Positions 12,289-23,330 of a stretch of 64,000 bases of DNA are shown here, one piece after another. The DNA is from Camelus ferus (Eukaryota). The stretch is from assembly GCF_009834535.1 (NCBI RefSeq), contig NC_045696.1, forward strand, positions 77,998,001-78,062,000, in the 5' to 3' direction. The position numbers were made by a program, and so were the translations under genes. A model generated the notes under the pieces. The model was not told the origin of the DNA. It saw nothing but the letters and a program-made list of their open reading frames with translations, and made no database searches. How positions within the stretch are numbered: the stretch's first letter is position 1; the number at the start of each line of letters is the position of its first letter.

Positions 12289-14660
12289 TTATACGGGAAT
12301 GCAAGGTACCCAGAATAATCAAAACAAGAACAAAGTTAAAGGACCCATACTTTCCACAGACTACAAAAACTTAACACAGAGTTACAGTAATCAAGGTAAC
12401 ATGGTGTTGGTCTAAAGACAGACATATAGTTTTTTTTTTTTTTTAATTGAGTTACAGTCAGTTTACAATGTTGTGTCAATTTGCAGTGTAGAGCACAATT
12501 TTTCAGTTATACATGAACATACGTATATTCGTTGTTGCATTCTTTTTCACTGTGAGCTATCACAGGATTTTGTATATATTTCCCTGTGCTATACAGTATA
12601 ATCTCGTTTATCTATTCTACATATGCCTGTCAGTATCTATAAATTTTGAACTCCCAGTCTGTCCCTTCCCACCCACCTCCCCTCTGTCAACCACAAGTTT
12701 GTATTCTGTGTCTATGAGTCTGCTTCTGTTTTGTATTTATGTTTTTTTAGATTCCACATATGAGCGATCTCATATGGTATTTTTCTTTCTCTTTCTGGCT
12801 TACTTCACTTAGAATGACATTCTCCAGGAACATCCATGTTGCTGCAAATGGCATTACGTTGTCATTTTATGGCTGAATAGTATTCCATTGTATAAGTATA
12901 CCACATCTTCTCTATCCAGTCATCTGTCGGTGGACATTTAGGCTGTTTCCACATCTTGGCTACTTGTAAATAGTGCTGCTATGAACATTGGGGTGCAGGT
13001 GTCTTTTTGAAGTAGGGTTCCTTCTGGATATATGCCCAGCAGCGGGATTCCTGGGTCATGTGGTAAGTCTATTCCTAGTCTTCTGAGGAATCTCCATACT
13101 GTTTTCCACAGTGGCTGCACCAAACTGCATTCCCACCAACAGTGTAGGAGGGTTCTCTTTTCTCCACATTCTCTCCAGCATTTGTCATTTGTGGACTTAT
13201 GAATGATGGCCATTCTGGCTGGTGTGAGGTGATATCTCACTGCAGTTTTTATTTGCATTTCTCTGATAATTAGTGATATTGAGCATTTTTTCATGTGCCT
13301 ATTGATCATTTGTATTTCTTCCTTGGAAAATTGCTTGCTTAGGTACATACATAGTTCTTTGTGTACAGAATTGAGAGTACATAAATAAATCCTTATATCT
13401 ATGCATAACTGATTGTCAACAAGGATGCCAAGACATTCTAGGGAAAAAACTGTCTTCAACAAGTGGTACTAAAACAACTGGATACATTCAAAAGAATAAA
13501 TGCAGACACCTTCATCATTCCATTTCTAAAACTTGACTCAAAATTAATTTAAAAAAAACCAAAGTATAAGAGCTAAAACTGTAAATTTCTTAGAAGAAAA
13601 CATACATGTAAATCTTGGACTAGGCAACAGTTTCTTAGCAATGATGCCAAAAGCATGTGTAGCTAAAGAGGGAAAAAAGATAAATTGGATTCCAATAAAA
13701 TTAAGAACTTTTGTGCCACAAAAGACAATAGTAAGACAGTGAAAAGACCATGTACAGAATAGGAGAAAATATTTATAAATTACATACTGATAAAGAGCTC
13801 ATACCTCTTGACAGTGAAAAGACAATAACCCAAAGAAAAAATGGGCAAAAGAGCTAAACAAGCATTTCTTCAAAGAAGATATATAAACGGCCAATAATCT
13901 TATGAAAAGCTGCTCAACATCATTAGTCATTAGGAAAATGCAAATTAAAACCACAATCAGCTGGCACTTTATAACTAAGATAACCATAATTTTAAAAAAC
14001 AAAACAAAATCAGAAAAATAACAAAGGAAGGCAAGGATGTAGAACAACTGAACTCTTCATTTGTTGCTGGTGAGAATTTAAAATGATGTATCTTCTATAG
14101 AAAACAATTTGGCAATTCTTCCAAAAGCACAGAGTTACCACACAACCTAGTAATTCTACTCCTGGGTATATACCCAAGAGAATCAAAAGCCTATGTTTAT
14201 ATAAAAACTTGTATCTGAATGTGTGTAGCAGCATTATTTGAAACAGTCAAAAAGGGAAGAAAACTCAAATGTCCATTACCTGATGAATGCATAGACAGTA
14301 TGTGGGATGTCCATAAAATGGAAAATTATTCAGCCATAAAAAAGAATGAAGTACTGACACATTCTGTGATAGATCAACTTTGAAAATATTATACTAAGTG
14401 AAAGAATCCAGCCACAAAACATATAATTTCATTTATATGAAATATTCAGAGTATGGAAATCTACAGAGCCGGAAGCACGAGCAATGAGGAGCGACTCCTG
14501 ATGGGTACAGGGTTTCTTTTTTGGAGTGATGAGAATGTTTTGGGGATTAGACAGTGGTAATTGTTGCAAAACTGTAAGTACACTAAAAGAATTTGTGAAC
14601 TGTACTCTTTAAAATGGTGAATTTTACACTATGTAAATTATCTCAATAAATTTAAAAAAA
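12289..14660 (+). mobile_element. Old L1 (L1MB-like) ORF2 3' part plus 3' UTR, interrupted at 12430-13344
   Basis: Degenerate ORF2 motifs (caaggatgccaagac, agcatttcttcaaagaagatata, ctactcctgggtatatacccaagagaat). The 3' UTR ends tgtaaattatctcaataaa followed by an A tail at ~14654-14660. Confidence 0.88.
12430..13344 (-). mobile_element. Young camelid-type L1, 5'-truncated (ORF2 C-terminus, 3' UTR and poly-A)
   Basis: Poly-T at 12430-12444. Translation [21 protein letters not shown]...[18 protein letters not shown]...[13 protein letters not shown] is the L1 ORF2 cysteine-rich C-terminus, followed by a frameshift. Flanks acagacatatagtt / acatacatagtt look like a degenerate TSD. Confidence 0.93.
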
Positions 14661-14955
14661 TAACATAGTCAAAGCTACACATCCTCTGTAACTGACTTTT
14701 TAGGCTGAGAAAGGTGTCCATCCCATTTCTGCAGCACCTTCTTCTTTTCTGGACTACTGCCACATTCTTTTGTAATTACTCCTCATATCCCTTCTGGATT
14801 TTTAGCTTCCTGAATAAGTAGCCTCTTCTTTTGCCTCCTTGTGAATCAACTTATAATAGTCACTTGAGAAATGCTCACTGATAGAATAACAGAGGGGGCA
14901 CCCTCAGGGCATATAAATACATCTTGCAGAGAGAAGTCCATAATCATGTGTATTT

Positions 14956-15110
14956 GTGTTTTGGTTTTAACGTGTGTATGTGTTTTGTTTGGGGTTTTTT
15001 TGGGGGGTTGGGAAATAATTTGATTTTTTTTTTTTTTAATGGAAGTACTGGGGATTGAACCCAGGACCTTGTGCAAGGCATATATTCTACCACTGAGCTA
15101 TACCCTCCCC
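14956..15110 (-). mobile_element. tRNA-derived SINE, camelid vic-1-like
   Basis: Minus strand ggggagggtatagctcagtggtagaat...ggtcctgggttcaatccccagtac with an A-rich tail. Degenerate TSD aatcatgtgtattt (14942-14955) / attcatgtgcaatt (15111-15124). Confidence 0.88.
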
Positions 15111-16074
15111 ATTCATGTGCAATTATATTCTTTCTCTACTTCAGCAATACTAAAAGATTGCTAATAAGCATCTTGAATAGTATTCCAGGAGCTTGCTTCT
15201 ATAACCAAGAGGCCACGTGAAGAAGCTAATCCAGCACAAAGCTACTCCTAAAACTCTCTGCTGAGAACTGCCTTCTTTATGTAGAGCTAAGACCTAAGAC
15301 GGGACAAAGATTTGGACAACTGTTCTAGGCTCTGATAAGAATTCTTTGGGTAAGAGAGGGTCAGGAAGTAGCAGTGGGCATTACCCCAGCCCCTGAGGGC
15401 TGCTCGACGGTGAAGGAGCAGTCAACACAGCACACACTCTGAGACTGCACAGCTCACTTACCGATAGCCTTGTTCACCATGTTGATGTAAATCACCTGGC
15501 CATCCCTGCACTGTAAAGTATAGCCTAAAGAAAGTCATATTTCATCATCATCTACTTCCATTATATTCAAATGTGACTTTACAGCAGTTCTAATTATACC
15601 ATAGTTACTTTCATGTTTATAAAATTTGCAGCATTTCTGCTATGTCTTATAATGAACTACCTACTAAATGGCAATATAAATTTTGAGTTAACATTTGCCA
15701 AAATGATTCCTATCTTATGGCTTGCTCTAATTTAGAGAAGAAAAAATAAAAGCATTAGAGATTCAGCAGTGATTGTGTAACATCATATGCCACGTACTTA
15801 AAACTCTCTAAAGGCTAAAAATAACTGCCCACATAATTTTAGATGGTTAGTGGTATGTTGAGATTATCTTTCTTTCAGAAAATGATACAACTCTTTGCTC
15901 AAGTATCATCTCAGTGCTCAGATTTTTAACACATCTCCTTATTAGCTTTGAATCTTTCCCCCTAAGAGAATTTTATCACCCAAATTATATTTTCCTTCTT
16001 TTCCCTCTGAATATAAAGTCTATCCAAATAGGTTATGGATGCCTGAAGAAAAATTTTTAATCTGGTTTCCTTAA

Positions 16075-16217
16075 GTCCATAAAGGGGTTTATCTAAAAAT
16101 ATTTTTAGGGGATCCATAAATCCTCTGAAATTATAGGCAATTTTTAAAAGTATGTTTTTATATATGGTTATTTGGAGAAAGGATAGCATATTTCTCCAAG
16201 CTGTCAGCATCTCAGGT
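16075..16217. mobile_element. hAT-Charlie MITE fragment (MER103-like)
   Basis: ggggatccataaatcctctgaaattataggcaa...ttggagaaaggatagcata resembles the recalled MER103 consensus. Confidence 0.5.
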
Positions 16218-17963
16218 AATGATCACCATTTGCTTTTTTGTGCCCATTCTCACAAATTTTATTCACTCTTTCGTTCAAGAATAGTATGTCCACAGTATCA
16301 AGCTAGACACTATAAGGAATTAAAGACAAACATAAGACATCATTCATAGACTCAGGTATTTAAATCATGCAATTGAAGAGACAAGTCTGCTACTTCCTCA
16401 TTTTTATATGGGACAGAGTGCATTCCTGATCTTCAAGATCCCTTCCAGTGCTAGGAATCTAAAATCTAAATCTAAAATTGTGAATAATGCAGCAGTGTAT
16501 ATGAAAAGAGAGAAAAAACACACAATGCAGAACCTTTGCACCTTTCACACCGCACTCAGCCAACTGAACCTGACAACCAGAACCCTGAAGATAGCGAAAG
16601 CGAAATCACCCGGCCCAACCCCTCACTTCACACAGGCTCTCTACCTTTTGATTAGTAGTTGTAGTCAATGGGTGATGTGACTGTCACTATTTGAAATACT
16701 GACCGTGAGATTTAACTTTATCCTCCTGAAGTCTGCTGAAAAATGGTTTTGAACCGCGTGCCAGCCCAGCGTGCCAGTACAGCCGTGCCCATGCCCCTGG
16801 GTCCCTCTGAAATGCTAGAGGCTGTACTCAACACTGTTTCAGGGAGTCTTGCCAACTCCTCCTGCCCTGTGTCTAATTACCAAGCTTGCACTTTGTACAA
16901 CACCAGCGCAGTTCTGGGCTGCCTTCCCTTGTTTCTGTGCATCACCTTGTCTAGTGCAGCCCTGGGTAAGGACGCACTTCTTGCCCACCTGACTCCCTCT
17001 TCACCTCCGTTGACTTGATGGTGCTGTAAGAGCTCAGCCCCAGAGCAGACACAGGGCCAATCCGAACGCCATTTAAGGGGAACCCAAGGAGGTCTTGCAC
17101 TCCTGTCCACATTTTAATGGCTGGGCTTTACCTGGAACCTAAAACTCTTCATACCAGTTCCAGGAACTTAGTTCCTGGTGTTTTTCTCGTTCCTCTCCCT
17201 CGCCTAAAGTGATAACCTGCCCAGCACCTCTGTTCTTATAAAACAGGGACTCTGCTATGATTCTTCATTTCATCATGAGACTGACTGCTGAACTCCCATC
17301 TTGAGGATGCCCCAAATTCCCAGCTTCTTGCCATTACCACTACAACCCTTTCCCTGTACCTTCCCACGTAACTCAATATAGAGCCTTTGCCTTCAGCAGG
17401 CTTTTAAAGTTTTGAGTCACAGACAGAAAAGGGCAATGATTAAAAATCTGTATCAACCATCACTAATTTTAATTCTTATCATAGGGTCTTTGTCTCAAGT
17501 CTTGTCCTCTCTTAGGGTCAACCAAATACAGGCTGTCCAACTTCTTTCTTTTAAGAACGTTTCTCCCTTCTCTGGCTCCCACCATAGAATCCTCACATAT
17601 TGTTGTACGTGGAAACACTCATTTACATGAGTTACTAGTGCAGAAGTGGTGAGAGTCATTTCTTTTATGAAGGACCAGAATTAATTAATTAGGCTGGGTT
17701 CTATAATTTTCTCTCATCAGGGCTGATGCCCTGGTTAGAAGAACTTGTTCAAGTGATCATACTATCAAGTTATAAGCCAAAAAAATGTTACTCAGACCTA
17801 ATCAGGAACAGAGACTAGTGAGCTATCATAATAGGCACTGAATGGTAGCATTTTTTTGTTTTTCTTCTTGAAGATGGTGAAAATAAAGGCATACTGAAAT
17901 TGTGTCTCTTTCCTCTGTACTTTTTTATGATAAAGTCAAAGAAGCTGTTTCTAAATTTTCTCT

Positions 17964-18317
17964 TGCATCTGTTTGCTAGGGTTGTTATAACAAAATACCA
18001 TCGAGTGGGTGGCTTACAGAGCAGAAGTTCTATAGGCTAGAAGTCCGCGATCAAGATGCCTGCAGGGTGGGGTTCTTCTGAGGCCTCTCTCTGTGGCTTG
18101 TCGATGGTCATCTCCCCCCGTGCCTCCACGTGGTCCTGCTTCTATGTTTGTGTCCTATTTCCTCTTCTTAGAAGGATACCAATCATATCCCATCCAGTGC
18201 CCTCATTTTAACTTAATTATCTCTATCTAAAGATCCTCTCTCTAAATCCAGTCTGAGGGCCTGGGGGTTAGTACTTCAACATATGAATTTTAGGAAAATA
18301 CATTTCATTCTGTAACA
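17964..18317 (-). mobile_element. MaLR solo LTR (MLT1A/B-like)
   Basis: tttgctagggttgttataacaaaatacca...ggctagaagtccgcgatcaagatg...ggttagtacttcaacatatgaatttt...tgtaaca is the reverse complement of an MLT1 LTR. Confidence 0.88.
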
Positions 18318-20425
18318 CCTCCTAACTAAATGTCACCTGGATTCAATGGTCAAATATATTGGAAAATCTTAGTTTTAATCTAAATAGCCATCATGCCACC
18401 CAGTAAATACCTGTTATCTTGTGTAGTTATTCCCGGCAACCCTTTTACTCTCAAAAGCATCCTGCCTGGACTATGTGTGATATAGTTACCCTAAGTCTAA
18501 AGAAAGCCTTTTAGTTTTGTCCAGTTTTCCCTAGTGTACTAGAAGCCATCCCAGAAACACCAACATCACTGAGTAAGGTTACTGAATATTGAACTGGCCT
18601 GTACTCAGTTTAATATTCATCAAAGCTTTCTTGGAATATTGAAATGACTGAGACTTTCACAGAGTTTCTCTGTGAAACACACAACTTAAGTGTGTTTGTG
18701 GAGCAGGTGAATACTGCAATGAGATGCAGTCTAAAAATAATTGCAAAAAAAAAATGCACATTATATTTTTGACCTCTAGCATGAAAATGTTTGTATCTGA
18801 ATTACCTTAAAAACTCTCACTTAATCATTTTTCCCAAAATAAAACTGCATTTTCTATTCTGTCACTGAAATGGGGGAAAAAAATCACCTGAGGGACTGGT
18901 TAGAGAAGGCTGCTTATGAATTTTGTTCAAATTTGTATTTTAAAAAGTAAGATTTTTGAACATGGTTAGCAATGAACCAGAACAGATCACACTGAGTAGA
19001 AGATTAGTTGGGATACACTGATTTTCCAGACTATAGACTATACCAAAAATTCAATTACAAATCTAATTACAACTTTAATTGTTAAACAATCAAACAGATG
19101 ATTTTTTTTGTAGCTAGTTGTTTGTTTCCTGCTGACTCAAAAGCAGGTGCACCTGCAGGTGTTAAACTTTGCCATCATATGTGACATAATCAGCCCTGGC
19201 CTTTCCTACCTTCTGGATTACTTTTTACACTATATCCCAAGCTACCAAACCTGTAAAAGCTGAGGTACAAACCATACATCTCTGCGTAAGGGCATAAAGC
19301 TGGGGAAGGATTTGCAGCAGGAAGGGGAAGGGGCAGGCGCTTCAGGCCAGCAGTCCCACAGCAGGTTTGACTGAATGATAGTCCTGCCAGATGCTCCTCT
19401 GAAAATGAACTCCATGGTCAAATAAATTTGAGAAATCTTCCTGACTACAGTGCCTTTGGAATTTTGGGGAAAAAAACAATACAGTAATAATAGGTTTAAA
19501 AGTTCTATAGTAAAGAAATCTGTGTAGCTTAGTTTAACCCTCTATTTCCTTAAAAATTTTACTGAATATATTTTTGTAAATGTTATCAAGTCCAAAACCT
19601 GAGAAATTAACAGGAAGGGTAGGGAAAAAAGAGAAGAAAGGTCTTCCAGAGCTCCTGTGTCTAACAGAAAGCTCTGAGGATACTCAGTAATCACACAGGG
19701 ATTTATGTATGTAAGTCACTGTCTTTGTGACTATACAGGTAGTGTCACTTCATGGAACTGAGGTATCAAGCAAAGAAAGTTCATTACCTGACTTATTTCC
19801 ACCAGACAGAGCTAGTTTGACATGCAAAAGAGGTCCCAAAGTCTGGCCTTTGACTTATTACAAAAGCAGTCCACATTTATATTCCTCAAAAGTCCAACAC
19901 TGAGAAGGCTATATCTCAAAAACATAATATTCCAAAGTTTTAATTTTTCAACTCTTACTAAAGAATTTAGAACTGAGTGGCCGTTGATAGGCAAAACACG
20001 AGGAGAACACATTTTTTCATGTAGGATGCATCTCTCAAATGAAATCGTATGGGACCGAAATTTACAATACCAGCAGTTTGAAGCAAATGCAATAACACTT
20101 TAAAGTAGCATTACAAGATTTATTTTTACATACTTAAAATTCAAAAACTCTTCAGAGAATACTGCAAATGGAAAATGTTTACTTTAGGAGCACTCAACTA
20201 TGTTTTGGTTCAACATTAACCCATAAAAGAATTCATGAAGCATACCCCACATGTGGTTCTTAGAGTCTGCTGTGTAAATAGATTTTAAATAATTCAAGTG
20301 GTAAAAAAGACAAACAGTCTTCAATTCTCCAAGATTATATACAGAAACAGTCTCATGGATGATCTAAAACAGCAGACAACCACCACATTTTGCATGAAAT
20401 CACATTGTTTTAGATATTTACTCTG

Positions 20426-20604
20426 CAGCACTCATCCAAGAGCTTTCCTTAATGATGGAAACACTCTGTAATTGTTCCATGTGTCTACAGAGCATGTGAA
20501 GTGCGAGGAGTATGACTACATCTTATGTTTTACTTAATTATAATTAATTTAATTTAAAATTGAATAGCCACATAGGCTACTGGCTTCTACATTGGACAGT
20601 GTAG
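20426..20604. mobile_element. MER3 (hAT-Charlie MITE)
   Basis: cagcactcatccaagagctttccttaatgatggaaac...aatagccacataggctactggcttctacattggacagtgtag. The termini are imperfect inverted repeats. Confidence 0.8.
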
Positions 20605-20663
20605 CTCTGGTCCTTCTAACTCATGACCAAGAATGGAATTAAAGACAAATATCTGGTGGACAT

Positions 20664-21051
20664 TGTAATATCCTGTCCAGATGTTCCAAGGTGATACTCT
20701 GTTCTGTCCATACCTGCCGCTGTGAGTCCTATCAGCAGGCAGTCACCAGCTGTTACACTTTTCAGGGTTGGCCTGGGTCACAGAGCATCACCTTGCCCAG
20801 TGATGTGACTTTCTTGGGGAGGCACACATCCAAAGACTGACGGCAGATGAGGCTCAAAGCCTGGTCATGTGGTCCACTAATGGACAGTTCTGGTAGACCA
20901 CCTATCCCCAGTGGTGCCCTGCTGTGTAGTTCCACGTTCCCCTCTGGCCAGTCCCGCCTGTGCCCCTGCTTTCTCCTAGGTGCTGATCTCAAACAACAAT
21001 CCTGCCAACTAAACTCTCAGTTGCTACTTCTGGAGAACCTAACCATCGACA
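20664..21051 (+). mobile_element. ERVL solo LTR (LTR16 family); 5' boundary approximate
   Basis: Characteristic 3' end aggtgctgatctcaaacaacaatcctgc...cttctggagaacctaaccatcgaca, and internal caccttgcccagtgatgtg. Confidence 0.7.
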
Positions 21052-21476
21052 AACTCTAAGAAGTAGTAATGGAAAGATTTTTAGAATAACTGCTAAATGA
21101 AAAAAAAAAGTACCAACAAGTTTACATTTCATGTAAAACTGAAGGGAAAAGAAGGAAATACACATGTATCTGCTTAATTTCTACACGCACAAATACAGAG
21201 AAGACCAATGGGAGATAAGTGAACTGCGGTGGAAGAGCCGAGGTGGGAGGACAGTGACACTTAGAGCACTCACTTTGTGTGATTTTGACTTTTGGAACTA
21301 TGTTCTATTTTACACAAAAAAGAGAAAAACTAATCAAAATGAAATATAAATAGAAATGAATGAATTTAAATATATTTCAAATAAATAGCAGCCACTAAAG
21401 GGGGAAATAAAGAACTAGCCTAATTTTTTGATCAAAGTCTTTTTACCGCATGTCTTTGGTTCAAAGGTCAAATGCA

Positions 21477-21523
21477 ATATATATATATATACACACACAT
21501 ATATACACACACACACACACACA
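21477..21523. repeat. Compound (TA)n(CA)n microsatellite
   Basis: Directly visible. Confidence 0.9.
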
Positions 21524-22139
21524 TAAATACATAAAACAAAGTAAACTTTCTTTAATGCACACATTGCACCCTGTATTTGTATAGTAAACTTTCATATGAA
21601 TGGTCAGTACAGGTAACATATTTTAGCATATTTATAAATACCTAAAATAAGATAATAAGTAAGTATATTTAGGAAACAAATGATTATTAGTGAAATCCAA
21701 TATCAAATTCATAGGGCTGCTGCTAATGCAGGGGATTAAAATAAACTACGACAATAAATTGATAATGTAGCCCATCACTTCTGTTGGGAAATTTAGAAAG
21801 ATCTCATTTATATTCTTCTACCACCTCCACAGTTTCCCTCCTACAAAGTATGTAACTTATGTTGCAACATCTCACACTTCAGTTATTGCCCTTTGCAATT
21901 TATGTATGATGTACTATGACTGACAAATAGGCAGTTTTGTATCTTGGTTTATTTAGCTATTTTTCCATCTGAATTTTGATTTAGTTTATACTGAATTTGA
22001 AGTGAAACTCTAAGGAAACCAAGTATTTCTTTATTAGCATAGCTTTCGCAAAAGAAGAAGAAAAGCATATGTAGGTATCTATACACACACACACGTAACA
22101 AAGAGGTGAATAAAAACAGATTGTTGGAAAGACCAACTA

Positions 22140-22878
22140 CTACAACCAATTAAATGTCAAAAAGCTGGATAATCTGGAAGGACTGGATAAATCCCTATTT
22201 AATACATAATCTACCAAGACTGAATTACGAAGCAACAGAAAATATGAACTGACAATTTACCAGTAAGGAGACTGACTTAATAATTAAAAACCTCCTCCCT
22301 CCCCCAAAAAAGTCCAGGATCAGATAGCATCACTGGTTAATTCTACCAAACATTTAAATAAAATTTAACACCAATCCTTCTCAAACTCCTCCAAAAAACA
22401 GAAGAGGAAGAAATACTAAATTCATTTTACAAAGTCAGCATTACCCTGATGCCAAAGCCAGTTAAGGACAACACATACACACAAAAAATTACAGCCCAAT
22501 AGTCCCTGAGGAACACAGATGCAAAAAAATCTCACAAAACAGTATCAAACTGAAGTAAGCAATATACTAAAAGGATCTTATATAATGATCAAGTGGGATT
22601 TATTTCTGAGATGCAAAGATGGTTCCACATACACAAAGGATAAATATATGATCATCTAAATGGGTCAAGGAAAAGCACTTGAAAAAAATCAACATCCTTT
22701 CAATGATAAAACCCCCAACAAATTGGATATAGATGGAATATAGATCAACGTATTAAAGGGCACATAAGACAAGCCCACAACTAACGTCACACTCAATACT
22801 GAAAAGCAAACTTTTCCTCTAGGGATGAGAAACAAAACAAGGGTGGTCACTCTCTCTGCTTCTATTCAGCATAATACT
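22140..22878 (+). mobile_element. L1 ORF2 fragment (EN-RT linker to early RT)
   Basis: ctaccaagactgaat, ttctaccaaacatttaa, gcattaccctgatgccaaagcca, gatcaagtgggatttatt and gacaagcccacaactaac; many indels. Confidence 0.88.
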
Positions 22879-23330
22879 GAGTTGCATGAGTTCTTTACAT
22901 ATTTTGAATATTAATCCCTTATCAGATATATGATTTTCAAATATGTTCTCCCATTCAGTAGTTAGTCTTTTCATCTGGTTGATGGTTTTCTCTGCTGTGC
23001 AAAGCTTTCTAGTTTGTTGTATTTCCAATTATTTTTGCTTATGCTGCCTTTGCTTTTGGTGTCAAATACAAAACATCGCTGCCAAGACCAATGTAAAGGG
23101 TCTTACCCACTATGTTTTATTCTAGTGGTTGTATATGTTCATGTCTTAATTTCAAGTTTCTTTTTCATTTTGAGTCAAGTTTTGTGGATGGTGTAAAATA
23201 AAAGTACAGTTTTGTTCTTTTGCATATGGATATCTAGTTTCCCCAGCACCATTTTTTGAAAAAACTACCTTTCCCCCATTGTTATTCTTGGCTTCATTGT
23301 TGTAAATTAAATATATATGTGTGTTTTTAT
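22879..23330 (-). mobile_element. L1 ORF2 fragment (downstream part), inverted
   Basis: Minus-strand translations KLCTAEKTINQMKRLTTEWENIFENHISDKGLIFKICKEL and KNGAGET are L1 ORF2-like. Confidence 0.88.

Noticed and set aside
12938..13462. Longest ORF (174 aa) as a host gene
   Set aside because: It is a chimera of antisense old-L1 sequence and the young L1 ORF2 C-terminus, ending in a frameshift.
22140..23330. Twin-priming L1 inversion
   Set aside because: The junction joins 3' sides and lacks a poly-A and TSD, so the geometry does not fit twin priming.
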